From contig NC_009925.1 of NCBI RefSeq assembly GCF_000018105.1, positions 1,140,001 through 1,172,000 on the forward strand: DNA of 32,000 nt, given 5' to 3'. Of this stretch, positions 1-8,657 are shown in pieces; the stretch's first letter is position 1, and every line of letters starts with the position of its first letter. The stretch comes from Acaryochloris marina MBIC11017. GTDB taxonomy: Bacteria > Cyanobacteriota > Cyanobacteriia > Thermosynechococcales > Thermosynechococcaceae. The notes beneath the pieces were generated by a model. It did not search any database, was not told the origin of the DNA, and saw nothing but the letters and a program-made list of their open reading frames with translations. The position numbers and the translations under genes are program-made.

Positions 1-318
1 CCTGTTTCACTACGCTAGGGTAAGCCGTTGGAGTTAGCTACATTGCCACAATTTTCTAGTTAGTCGGGTGATAGCTACATCGAAAAATTAGCCTGAGAAT
101 GAATTCAATCCTTCAAACTTCATATCAGTAATCATGAGGATAAGCACGTTCTTCAGGCAATAACAGAGGGGTTATTATTTCTCATCTGTTTAAATCTCTT
201 GAACATCGAAAAAATATCGCTGTTTTGATGAGATGATACAAAATAATACATCGACAAACTCAAAATTCAACGTTTCAGCCTTGATTCAGAAGACGCTGTA
301 TCGTAGATCTTTGGCTTT

Positions 319-960
319 GTGCGGGTACTACTAGATAAAGAAGATCACCTCGCGAAGAACATGCCAGTTTATCAATCCCACTATGAAGAGTTGCTGGCAA
401 CCTATAGTAATCATCACCATGCGGTGGAACTGCTTCGGCAGCACCGTCCTTACTTTGAGAAGATCCCTAGTATTCGTCGGTCTCGGGATAGTGTGATCAC
501 CATCCCCCTGCCGGTGGTGCAAGTAAGGTGCCGGATCCCCCAATCTGAGCTAAAGTCCTCCGATAGCCCCTATGAACTCATTACACTCCCTTGCGATCTA
601 GCACTGCTGATGTGTGATCCAGAGTGGAAAATAAAAACTGGGGTAGAAATCTTAGTCTTTATTCACCGTCCCCAAGAAGATTTTTCGCATTTGGTGGGCC
701 GCTGGCGGCAAACCCAAGTTGCCTTGAGTCGAGGCTACACCTGGGAGATGCCCCAGCAGTTTCAACATATTTTCAATGAGGGGGCAGAGAAAATGTATCC
801 CTTGTTTGTGCTGTTTGAAGAAACATCAGAACGCATTAAGCGAGGGCTTAAAGGGGCATTCTTGCCCTATGTGATTCAAAATGTGGATATTGCCGCCGAA
901 GAACGCAGTGAGACCTCAGGAGTGGCGGCGACACCAGAAGCTAAACCTGATGTCGAGTAA
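319..960 (+). CDS. Hypothetical protein, no family recognised
   Basis: 213-codon ORF opening with GTG at 319. The first ATG is at 361 (MPVYQSHYEE...) and is an alternative start. Its 3' end overlaps the convergent DUF255 gene by 20 nt. I can assign no diagnostic motif. Confidence 0.45.
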   Translation: MRVLLDKEDHLAKNMPVYQSHYEELLATYSNHHHAVELLRQHRPYFEKIPSIRRSRDSVITIPLPVVQVRCRIPQSELKSSDSPYELITLPCDLALLMCDPEWKIKTGVEILVFIHRPQEDFSHLVGRWRQTQVALSRGYTWEMPQQFQHIFNEGAEKMYPLFVLFEETSERIKRGLKGAFLPYVIQNVDIAAEERSETSGVAATPEAKPDVE

Positions 961-3001
961 GGCTGTCTGAAATTTGCTGGTGGAGTTCTGCCATTGTCAT
1001 GGCCGGTTCTAGGCATCTGAATCCTTGGCAAACCAAGCCTATGGCGCCGGTCGGAACTTCAGAGGATGGACTGTACACTGCGGTGGGCAAATAGGTTGAC
1101 GCTAAGTCTGCCGATGTCCGAATGGACGTGTGATGGAAATACCAGTCCAAAGCGACAAATAGGCTAGGGCAGGCCTGGGTTGAGGAACCCATGACTTGTC
1201 CAAAGGTTTGCAGGGCTTGTTCTGCTTGGCTGAGATACTCGGTGCGATCGCACACCAAACTCAGGCGTATCAAATTTGCGATCGCAACCCCATTGGCCGC
1301 AGGCGTGGCATTATCCAGCCAGCTCCGCTCCCGAATCAGTAGTTCTTCAGACATTTCACTGCCCGTATTAAAGTAACCACCCCCTTCGACGGCCCACAAA
1401 TGCTCATCAAACTCAGCCTGTGTGGTTTGTGCTGCTTCCAGCCAACGACTGGCTTGATCCACGGCCAGGCTTTGACTAGCCTGATGGAGATCCAGAAACG
1501 CCTTGATCAAAAGTGCATAGTCCTCTGATTGAGCGATCACGGCAATTTCGCCATCATAATTAACGCGGTGTAGCCGTCCCTCGGACCATTGCTGATCAAG
1601 AATAAATCTGGCAGCTTTCGTGGCTAATGCTAGATAGTCAGGCTGTTGAAATACTGCTGCGGCCCGAGCCAAGCCTGAAATCATCAAGCTATTCCAGGCC
1701 ACAATCATTTTGGTGTCGGTGACGGGAGGAATACGACCAGGCCAAGGATGGGTTTTAGCCACCTGGTTATTGGTGGCAGGTGGAAAGGTCGTCAAGGATT
1801 CGGGCCGTTCGCCATATCGAACCTGAAAGAGTTTCCGCAAGGCTTCTTCTACTGTTTCGCTGATCACACCCGGTTGCTGGCGCTGCAGTACCGTCAGCCC
1901 GTCTTCGAAGTTGCCCTGAGCACTCAGATTAAAAATCTCTGCCATGGCAGCATATTCTTCTGTGGTCAGCAGATGGGTCAACTCCGAGTCAGTCCAGGTA
2001 TAAAAGCGCCCCTCCTCAGGCTCAATGTCTGCCGTCGTGACGAAGTTATCCGCATCTTGAGCTGCATAGAAATAGCCCGCCTCTGCCGTCATTTCTCGCT
2101 GGAGCCAGGCAACGGTACCCGCAATTGCCCGTTCAAAGGCTGGTTCTTTAACCCCTGCACTCCACAGATTGGCTAAGTATTCGACAATCTGGCCATTGTC
2201 GTAGAGCATTTTCTCGAAATGAGGCACCGTCCAGGTGGGATCGACGGTGTAGCGATGGAAACCGCCAGCCACATGGTCATAAATCCCACCCAAGGCCAAA
2301 TCCAGTCCCCGTTGGCGACAGGCTTGCTGGGCCTTCTCCTGATCTGGGGTGGAAAACCGCGATCCGTGAAGTGCGATCGCAGCGTAGGGCATCATGGGAA
2401 AGCTTGGCCCTGGCATTTTATTGATCAGCACCGTTGTATTCTTGGCGATGCCCTTACTCAACAGTTCAGGCTGGAGATCACCAATGGGATTGAGAACGGT
2501 TGAGCTTTGCAGATGGCCACTCAGCTTCTCTTTCTGAGTATCTAGTTTCTCTTTCTCAGTGTCATAAAAGCTGCGAATTGCTTCTAGAACCTGTAGAAAT
2601 CCAGGGCGTCCGTATCGAGGTTCCTCTGGGAAATAGGTGCCGCCATAGAAAGGCACCAAGTCTCCTGGCGACAGAAACATATTGAGGGGCCATCCCCCCT
2701 GCCCAGTCATCGCCTGAACCGCCTGCATATAGATGCTGTCGATATCGGGGCGCTCTTCCCGGTCCACCTTGATGGGGATATACTGCGCGTTCATATACTT
2801 GGCAATTTCAGAATTGGAGAAGGCTTCTCCTTCCATGACCGTGCACCAATGGCAACTGGAATACCCTACCGAGAGAAAAATAGGTTTATTCTCTTGGGCT
2901 GCACGTTCTAGGGCTTCTTCACACCAGGGCCACCAGTCAATGGGATTATCAGCATGCTTGCGCAGATAGAGGCTAGCAGAATGGGCAAGACGATTCGGCA
3001 T
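941..3001 (-). CDS. Thioredoxin-domain protein of the DUF255/YyaL family (thioredoxin-like N-domain plus large alpha-helical C-domain)
   Basis: The N-terminus MPNRLAHSASLYLRKHADNPIDWWPWCEEALERAAQENKPIFLSVGYSSCHWCTVME carries the family-typical NP(I/V)DW and CHWC motifs, and the ~686 aa length is typical. The ORF track begins at 3028, but the ATG at 3001 gives the canonical MxNRL N-terminus. Confidence 0.85.
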   Translation of the reverse strand: MPNRLAHSASLYLRKHADNPIDWWPWCEEALERAAQENKPIFLSVGYSSCHWCTVMEGEAFSNSEIAKYMNAQYIPIKVDREERPDIDSIYMQAVQAMTGQGGWPLNMFLSPGDLVPFYGGTYFPEEPRYGRPGFLQVLEAIRSFYDTEKEKLDTQKEKLSGHLQSSTVLNPIGDLQPELLSKGIAKNTTVLINKMPGPSFPMMPYAAIALHGSRFSTPDQEKAQQACRQRGLDLALGGIYDHVAGGFHRYTVDPTWTVPHFEKMLYDNGQIVEYLANLWSAGVKEPAFERAIAGTVAWLQREMTAEAGYFYAAQDADNFVTTADIEPEEGRFYTWTDSELTHLLTTEEYAAMAEIFNLSAQGNFEDGLTVLQRQQPGVISETVEEALRKLFQVRYGERPESLTTFPPATNNQVAKTHPWPGRIPPVTDTKMIVAWNSLMISGLARAAAVFQQPDYLALATKAARFILDQQWSEGRLHRVNYDGEIAVIAQSEDYALLIKAFLDLHQASQSLAVDQASRWLEAAQTTQAEFDEHLWAVEGGGYFNTGSEMSEELLIRERSWLDNATPAANGVAIANLIRLSLVCDRTEYLSQAEQALQTFGQVMGSSTQACPSLFVALDWYFHHTSIRTSADLASTYLPTAVYSPSSEVPTGAIGLVCQGFRCLEPAMTMAELHQQISDSLTRHQV

Positions 3002-3142
3002 GAAGCCACCAGAGGAGAGTGCATTCACAGTCTATCGCTATCTTCTGGGGGGAAATTTTCCTAATCCCAAAAATATTCTTAAAGTCAAATCTCGCCCTTA
3101 AACCCAAAGAAACCCATGATTTCCGACGTTCACTGGGGATGA

Positions 3143-3589
3143 ATGAGTATACTTGACCTAGGCGTTTTGGCAATCGTTATGGTCGTTTCTTCCTTTCCCC
3201 AAGACCAGCAGGAAACCCTTCTATCCAAGAAAGCGGTCATTGCCGAACTTAAAAAGATCCATCAACTCGATATCGCTTTTGCCCAACGCATGAGTGCCGA
3301 TCAAGTCCGAGCATTGCTCTATGCCGTCAGAGAACAAGATGATTTGGCCGATGCGATTCGATCGTTGATCAAGCAGCGTAGCCACTTTGCCAAAAATAAT
3401 CGCAGCTATGGCTTGGTTAAATATCGCATTGAGAATGAGCGAGATTACGCCTTAAATCAGCTCAACTATGTGGAACAACAGCTCGAAAAATATCAGCAGT
3501 ATTTCAAAGAACTCCTCAGAAATTTCCTTGATTTAGAACGGAGCGAAATCCTGCGACTGGTGAGAACGCTTTTAGCCCAACTGGATTAG
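3143..3589 (+). CDS. Hypothetical, predominantly helical/coiled-coil protein (first gene of a 3-gene operon)
   Basis: 148-codon ORF whose C-terminal half is rich in heptad-like E/Q/L/K sequence (NYVEQQLEKYQQYFKELLRNFLDLERSEILRL). Its stop lies 8 nt before the next ATG and overlaps that gene's Shine-Dalgarno sequence. The true start may be the internal ATG (MVVSSF...). Confidence 0.5.
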   Translation: MSILDLGVLAIVMVVSSFPQDQQETLLSKKAVIAELKKIHQLDIAFAQRMSADQVRALLYAVREQDDLADAIRSLIKQRSHFAKNNRSYGLVKYRIENERDYALNQLNYVEQQLEKYQQYFKELLRNFLDLERSEILRLVRTLLAQLD

Positions 3590-3597
3590 GAGGGGAT

Positions 3598-3966
3598 ATG
3601 GCGCGTACCCACGACAACATGCCCTATCGGGACCTGCAAACCTATAATCGGACCTTGCTCACTCAGCATCAACTCAATACAGAGCGCAAACAGCAGGGAC
3701 TCCTCAACCGAGGCTGGCAGCAAGTGATTGATTTATACACCTGGATTACCCAGAAAATTCAGGTTACTTCTGGTCAGGTTGAAGCCAAAATCCTGTCTAA
3801 CTTTGCCCGCATGCAACAGGCTGCAACGGCCATCAAATCAACGGTCAAGCAAGTTCACAAACGCTCTCAGTATTGGCAGCACACCGAACTCGTCAACAAT
3901 ATTTATGAATTTGAAGCCAAGGACAGTAGCGATGACCCGGATGGAAACTTGCCTGCAACTCTTTAA
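3598..3966 (+). CDS. Hypothetical protein (second gene of operon)
   Basis: 122-codon ORF preceded by a strong GGAGGGG Shine-Dalgarno at 3589..3595. It is tightly packed between the upstream ORF and the HNH gene. No family recognised. Confidence 0.55.
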   Translation: MARTHDNMPYRDLQTYNRTLLTQHQLNTERKQQGLLNRGWQQVIDLYTWITQKIQVTSGQVEAKILSNFARMQQAATAIKSTVKQVHKRSQYWQHTELVNNIYEFEAKDSSDDPDGNLPATL

Positions 3967-4375
3967 CCAAATGCAAGGGGCAAAGCTGCGGGCCCATGCA
4001 GCGGTGAATCGAGTCTATTCTCAATACCGCGAGCAGTACCAGGATTGGCGACAAACGCCGGAAGCCCGTCAACTGATTGAGCAACAACTCCAGAAACTGG
4101 GAGATATCTGTCCTGTCTGCCAGCGAGGATTGGCGGTCTCCAATAGCACCATCGACCATCTGGAACCGAAGCGCAACCATATCAGTAAAACCCTGTGCCA
4201 AGAGAATATGCTGGTGATGTGTTGGAGGTGCAATACTCAAAAAGGCACTCTACCCTTTACCCTATGGCGACACCAACTGCATCCGTTTCGCCAACAGTCT
4301 CTGGATTATGCCATTATGCAAATTCATGGGGAAGCTAAACTGGCTGAATTACTGGCACCAAATACGTTGCAGTAA
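3932..4375 (+). CDS. HNH endonuclease (small, zinc-finger type)
   Basis: CPVCQRGL...STIDHLEPKRNH...NMLVMCWRCNTQKG gives the CxxC...DH...N...CxxCN HNH/beta-beta-alpha-metal signature. I place the start at ATG 3932 (or 3941), which overlaps the upstream stop by about 35 nt. The ORF-track TTG start at 3728 gives an R/S/L/P-rich, off-frame-looking extension. Confidence 0.75.
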   Translation: MTRMETCLQLFNQMQGAKLRAHAAVNRVYSQYREQYQDWRQTPEARQLIEQQLQKLGDICPVCQRGLAVSNSTIDHLEPKRNHISKTLCQENMLVMCWRCNTQKGTLPFTLWRHQLHPFRQQSLDYAIMQIHGEAKLAELLAPNTLQ

Positions 4376-4482
4376 TTTTTAACGCTGAACCCAGACTGAT
4401 TAGGTAATAACGGGATATATTAGACAACCCGATAGTTTTCTGAGTAGCCGAACCGTATCATGCATCGTTTGAAATACTGAAA

Positions 4483-4917
4483 ATGAGTATTGAGGAGTTT
4501 AAATATCTTTGGGATGGTAGTGAAACGGGCTGGTTCTTACAACATATCGATCACGTCGAATGGCATCTGATCTTCTACTTTGGGAAGACAGGGCCATCGA
4601 AGCTAGAATTTATTAAATTACATAAAATAGTTCCAGAACTAAAATCTTTAAAAATAACCACAATTTATAACCATCTGAAAGGTCATTCGATCTATCGGAC
4701 TCAAGAGAAATACGGCAATATAGAGTCTAGAAGATTGTTTGAGCAAGCCAGTGCGATTGGATTAAATGTAGACCTAGAGAGCAAACAGGTTGGGGGTTAT
4801 CTACCTATCTCAAAAGATAATTGTGTGCTCATTATCGAGGATGACAACCTCGCGAATAGAGTCGTTGAAAAAATGATTGAAGCTGGAGTCGAGGTTGTTG
4901 AGATTCATGTTGACTAA
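4483..4917 (+). CDS. Hypothetical protein in an AT-rich segment
   Basis: 144-codon ORF with no recognised motif. By hand count, the first 100 nt contain 40 G+C, against 51 G+C in 5201..5300 of the neighbouring yaiI-like gene. Confidence 0.5.
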   Translation: MSIEEFKYLWDGSETGWFLQHIDHVEWHLIFYFGKTGPSKLEFIKLHKIVPELKSLKITTIYNHLKGHSIYRTQEKYGNIESRRLFEQASAIGLNVDLESKQVGGYLPISKDNCVLIIEDDNLANRVVEKMIEAGVEVVEIHVD

Positions 4918-5036
4918 TGCCATCCCCGTGCTTAAGGTTTAGCCAGCCTATGTGAATTGACTCTGAGGTTCATATCATTTGGAACTATACCCTCTGATAG
5001 CAAAGGCCACATCAGAAATAGAACGGGAAAGAAATT

Positions 5037-5495
5037 ATGAAAATTTGGGTTGATGCCGATGCCTGCCCGAATGCAATCAAAGAAATTCTGTATCGAGCTG
5101 CAAGGCGAGTCAAAATTCACCTCACTTTAGTCGCAAATCAATATATCAATCCCCCTGCATCCGATTATATTGATGCGGTTCAAGTCCCTGCGGGCTTTGA
5201 TGGCGCTGACAACCATATTGTGGAACATCTGCAGGCTGGCGATTTAGTGATCACAGCTGACATTCCCCTGGCCGCGGCTGTGATTGAAAAATTAGGCCAT
5301 GCCCTGAACCCCCGAGGTGAGCTGTATACGCAAAACAACATGCGAGAACGACTCTCCATGCGTAACTTTATGGAAGAGATGCGGGAAGGGGGACTGGTCA
5401 CGGGCGGACCACCGGCATTAAATCAACGGGATCGACAACTGTTTGCCAATCAACTCGATCGATTTTTAGCCAAACACCATCAGCCACCCGCCTGA
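5037..5495 (+). CDS. YaiI/YqxD family protein (UPF0178/DUF188)
   Basis: [22 protein letters not shown]...[25 protein letters not shown] matches the characteristic UPF0178 N-terminal (I/V)WVDADACP and ITxDIPLA motifs. The ~150 aa length is typical. Confidence 0.85.
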
Positions 5496-6109
5496 GGTTT
5501 AACCGCTACAATCACCACCCAGGACTGCTGATCTTGGGGAAGTCCCGGAGGGCGGTAGTAATGATCCACTACGGTGAATCCAGCGGCTTGCACCAAAGGG
5601 GCAAGAGTTTCATATTGCCAATAGGAGACAAACCGCTGACCAGAAGGGCGATTAACAAAGCCTTCTTGATTGCCTCGGGCCATAGATAGGACAATAACCC
5701 CTTCAACCACCAAGGATTGCCACAAGTTTTTGAGGACCGACTCCATTGAGGCTTGGGGGACGTGCAACAGAGATGCATTAGCAAAAATCCCGTCAAAGAA
5801 GCCATCAGGCAGATCTAGATCCAGAAAAGTTTGCTGCCAGACTTCACAACCCGTTTGTTGAGCCATTTCCACAAAAGCGGGAGTGGCATCTAAACCAATC
5901 GCTTCATGCCCTTGTGATTTGAACGCTAAGAGATCGCGACCGGGGCCGCAGCCTAAATCTAAGATACGACCCGGATTGTGGGGTATCCATTTCACTAACG
6001 CCTGTCGGTTCTGGGAAACATCATGGTCCCAGGTGCCTTCCCGGAAACTGTTGGCGGTAGCCTGATATTCAGCAATAGTGATATTTTCGTGGGATTCCAC
6101 TCGGCTCAA
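5480..6109 (-). CDS. Class I SAM-dependent methyltransferase
   Basis: Motif I is [12 protein letters not shown], followed by an acidic residue after beta-2 (GLDATP) and FANASLLHV (motif IV-like). There is no in-frame ATG upstream of motif I, so the start must be the TTG at 6109 or the GTG at 6100. The TTG overlaps the hydrolase TGA stop (TTGA), which suggests translational coupling. Confidence 0.8.
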
Positions 6110-6978
6110 CTCATCAAAAAGGTTCGCATATATTGGTTGACCAGCTCGGGCTGTTCTTGCTGGATCCAGTGGCTACACTCGCTGAGATAGTGCAATTCAA
6201 GATCGCGAACATAGTCTTGGGTGCCGTAGGTCAGTTCCTTACCCAGGGCAAAGTCATCTTCTCCCCATAGCAGCAGGGTAGGAACGTCCAAGACTCCCCA
6301 ATCTTTGGGCTTCAAGAGCATATCAAGGTTACTGCGATAGTAGTTGATCATGGCAGTGAGGGCACCTCGCTTGGCCACAGCGTTTTTATATGCTTCTAAA
6401 TCGGCAGGGCTAAAGGCATTTTTATTAGTCGCCCGTTCTGAAAACATAGATGAGATCGCACGGTAGTCATTAGCCTGAAACATCAGCTCCGGCAACATCG
6501 GCACTTGGAAAAAGCCGATATACCAGCTCCGCAACATTTGCCGGGGATTACTGATAAGCGCTTCTTGGAACTTAGCGGGATGGGGCAAGTTCATAATGAT
6601 CAGTTTGTGCAGCATCTCTGGGTGAGCATAGGCGAATTGCCATGCGATCGCACCACCCCAATCATGAGCGACCAAGATGCACTGGTCATAGCCCAGCCCT
6701 TGAATCACCCCCTGCACATCCTTAATCAGCTCTGCCATGCGATAGGCACTGACATCCTGGGGCTTTTCACTATCGTTGTACCCTCGCATATCCAAGGCCA
6801 CAACTTTATAGTCCTGGGCAAAAACAGGAATTTGATGTTGCCAAGAATACCAAAATTCTGGGAAGCCATGTAGCATCAGCATCAATGGCCCTTCCCCCTG
6901 GGTCACATAATGTAACCGCACCTGGTTAGTGGTGATGTAATCATGTTGAAAAGCGGATCCTAGCTCATTGTCAGCCAT
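6106..6978 (-). CDS. Alpha/beta hydrolase, epoxide-hydrolase-like
   Basis: HGFPEFWYSWQHQIP (the HGxP oxyanion motif plus the WYSW typical of epoxide hydrolases/haloalkane dehalogenases), nucleophile elbow AHDWGG, and C-terminal SECSHWIQQEQPE containing the catalytic His. Confidence 0.85.
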   Translation of the reverse strand: MADNELGSAFQHDYITTNQVRLHYVTQGEGPLMLMLHGFPEFWYSWQHQIPVFAQDYKVVALDMRGYNDSEKPQDVSAYRMAELIKDVQGVIQGLGYDQCILVAHDWGGAIAWQFAYAHPEMLHKLIIMNLPHPAKFQEALISNPRQMLRSWYIGFFQVPMLPELMFQANDYRAISSMFSERATNKNAFSPADLEAYKNAVAKRGALTAMINYYRSNLDMLLKPKDWGVLDVPTLLLWGEDDFALGKELTYGTQDYVRDLELHYLSECSHWIQQEQPELVNQYMRTFLMS

Positions 6979-7170
6979 AGCTTTAAGAAGATTCAGCTTA
7001 TCTAGGGTTATCGTGTTTTTGAAGGACCAATATTGCGATTATGAGGCATCCTTCCATAAATTCAAAGTTCCAGGCTGATGCCTATTCCTGCCATCTGGAT
7101 TAGTGATAATGACTATCATAAGTAGGGGGTATAAATGCCCGCATGGATAGACACCTAATTTCACCCAGGA

Positions 7171-7470
7171 ATGGATCAAGGCAAAGCACCCATCACGGTT
7201 TTCTTATCTTTAATCTTAGGGGTACTCGCTTATTTCCTCTGGAGTAAAACACCCATCGGCCACCACATCGTCTTTAAACAATCTGAGATCCTGCGGGGTG
7301 ACATTGCCAAAATTTCGGTTGTGCCCAATACCTTTACCAATTTACGAATTTATTTATTTGCCTATAGCGTTAAACAAACCTTTTTTTGGGTGAAGCTGCT
7401 TGGCCCATTTGTGGCTGCAGCAGGATTATTGATCCTGGCCGCGACTGCTCTTTTTTCGCCAGAAGAATAA
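7171..7470 (+). CDS. Small hypothetical membrane protein
   Basis: 99-codon ORF with two hydrophobic stretches (ITVFLSLILGVLAYFLW and LLGPFVAAAGLLILAATALF). There is no supporting homology, so this is a weak call. Confidence 0.4.
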   Translation: MDQGKAPITVFLSLILGVLAYFLWSKTPIGHHIVFKQSEILRGDIAKISVVPNTFTNLRIYLFAYSVKQTFFWVKLLGPFVAAAGLLILAATALFSPEE

Positions 7471-7560
7471 GTTAGCATCTGTACATCATCACTGCCCTGA
7501 TCTTGAAAAGAGCAGGCTATATCCCTCACTCCCCTCGCCACTGTTCTACCTATTTTCACC

Positions 7561-8265
7561 ATGATTGAGCTATATTATTGGCCCACTCCCAACGGACATA
7601 AAATAACCCTATTCCTAGAGGAAGCCGGGCTAGAATACGAGATTAAGCCCATCAACATTGGGGCTGGGGATCAGTTTCAGACAGATTTTCTCAAAATCTC
7701 TCCCAATAATCGGATTCCTGCCATCATTGACCAAGCCCCTGCGGATGGCGGTGAACCTGTTTCAGTCTTTGAATCTGGCGCTATCTTGTTGTACTTAGCA
7801 GAAAAAACCAGAAAATTCCTGCCGAACGATATACGGCAACGCAATATTGTTCAGGAATGGCTATTTTGGCAAGTAGGGGGATTAGGGCCAATGGCTGGGC
7901 AAAACCATCACTTTTCTCAATATGCACCAGAAAAGCTGCCCTATGCCATTACCCGATATGTGAATGAAACGAATCGATTATATGGCGTTTTAAATCAGCA
8001 TCTCCAAGGGAAAGACTTTATTGCGGGTGACTACTCCATTGCCGACATGGCCTGTTATCCATGGATTGCGCCCTACAAATGGCAAGGTCAACAGTTAGAG
8101 GACTTTCCAGAGATTAACCGCTGGTTTCAGCAGATTGAACAGAGACCTGCTACCGTCACCGCTTATGAAAAAGGCAAGCAGATCAGCCAATCAGCCCAAT
8201 TGACCGCCGAAAAGAGAAAAGTCTTATTTGGCCAAACGGCAAAAACTCAATCGTCGCAAGTTTGA
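7561..8265 (+). CDS. Glutathione S-transferase, YfcG-like (Nu-class disulfide reductase type)
   Basis: MIELYYWPTPNGHKITLFLEEAGLEYEIKPINIGAGDQFQTDFLKISPNNRIPAIID is nearly colinear with the E. coli YfcG N-terminus as I recall it (TPNGHKITLFLEE...ISPNNKIPAI), and ESGAILLYLAEK is also present. Confidence 0.85.
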   Translation: MIELYYWPTPNGHKITLFLEEAGLEYEIKPINIGAGDQFQTDFLKISPNNRIPAIIDQAPADGGEPVSVFESGAILLYLAEKTRKFLPNDIRQRNIVQEWLFWQVGGLGPMAGQNHHFSQYAPEKLPYAITRYVNETNRLYGVLNQHLQGKDFIAGDYSIADMACYPWIAPYKWQGQQLEDFPEINRWFQQIEQRPATVTAYEKGKQISQSAQLTAEKRKVLFGQTAKTQSSQV

Positions 8266-8475
8266 GGTGATAGAGGCAAGGCAATGATTTGGGCCAGGCT
8301 AGCAGACAAAACAAACCCCCCGGTCGAGTACAGAACCAGGAGATACATAAGGTTATTTAGAGTCTTAATCGCTTTGAAGCGGGAATAAGCGTGATTTAAT
8401 GAGGCCAGAATTCTTAACAAAGAAAATGCTAGGGATCTAAATTAATCTATTAATTCAGAAGGCCAATGGTGACGC

Positions 8476-8634
8476 TTAGTTCAGACCGCCTAGGCTAGCC
8501 AATAGATCATAAGCTTGGTCGGGAAGTGTGTAGGGTCCCATCTTCTGCAAGTCATCCATACTGACTTGAGTTAATTCTTCAATCGCTCCATGAATCTCTA
8601 ATTTAGGGGAAGTCCAGGCTTTTTTCATGCTCAT
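8476..8634 (-). CDS. Small ORF (52 aa) encoding a RiPP/lasso-precursor-like peptide; absent from the supplied ORF track
   Basis: My own translation of the minus strand gives MSMKKAWTSPKLEIHGAIEELTQVSMDDLQKMGPYTLPDQAYDLLASLGGLN, ending in TAA. W7..Q23 match (Y/W)xxPxLxxxGxxxxxTx with exact spacing. The ORF starts 23 nt downstream of the HPrK-like kinase stop on the same strand. An alternative ATG lies at 8628. Confidence 0.55.
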   Translation of the reverse strand: MSMKKAWTSPKLEIHGAIEELTQVSMDDLQKMGPYTLPDQAYDLLASLGGLN

Positions 8635-8657
8635 TTCAGTTATTCCGCGACGGAACT

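Noticed and set aside
1191-2969. Several plus-strand ORFs of 61-142 codons (1191..1376, 1748..2176, 2219..2503, 2500..2685, 2733..2969) lie inside the DUF255 gene. Analogous antisense or off-frame ORFs occur inside the giant kinases, ligA, the methyltransferase, the hydrolase and the LolA-like gene.
   Set aside because: All are nested within long ORFs that carry clear family motifs on the other strand or in another frame. Their translations are R/S/L/P/C-rich and low in information, and none has a recognisable motif. They are shadow ORFs.
3728-3931. A 68-codon stop-free extension upstream of the HNH ATG, in the HNH frame, overlaps ORF2. I considered a TTG-initiated longer HNH protein, or a programmed frameshift fusing ORF2 to HNH.
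   Set aside because: The extension translates to R/S/L/P-rich, off-frame-looking sequence (IYTPGLPRKFRLLLVRLKPKSCLTLPACNRLQRPSNQRSS...). No slippery heptamer is obvious near 3932..3966, and the ATG at 3932 gives an HNH protein of normal size.
7110-7130. The inverted repeat TGATAatgacTATCA upstream of the small membrane ORF could be an NtcA- or other CRP-family-type site.
   Set aside because: It does not match GTA-N8-TAC, the arms are only 5 bp, and the region is AT-rich, so it is likely chance.
8247-8348. A 33-codon minus-strand ORF (MYLLVLYSTGGFVLSASLAQIIALPLSPQTCDD) lies downstream of the peptide gene and could be a small hydrophobic partner peptide.
   Set aside because: It is too short to stand out statistically, has no obvious ribosome-binding site, and overlaps the GST 3' end. 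There is no supporting motif.
8440-8455. The AT-only palindrome AATTAAT-CT-ATTAATT lies in the convergent intergenic region and might be a terminator or operator.
   Set aside because: It has a 2-nt loop and no G:C pairs, so it cannot form a stable terminator hairpin. It could be a protein-binding site, but nothing else supports that.
8476-8634. Calling the 52-aa peptide a bona fide lasso peptide.
   Set aside because: With canonical cleavage after T-Q the core starts with Val and has no Asp/Glu at positions 7-9. The window also contains no cyclase, protease or RRE genes. I therefore report it only as lasso-leader-like.
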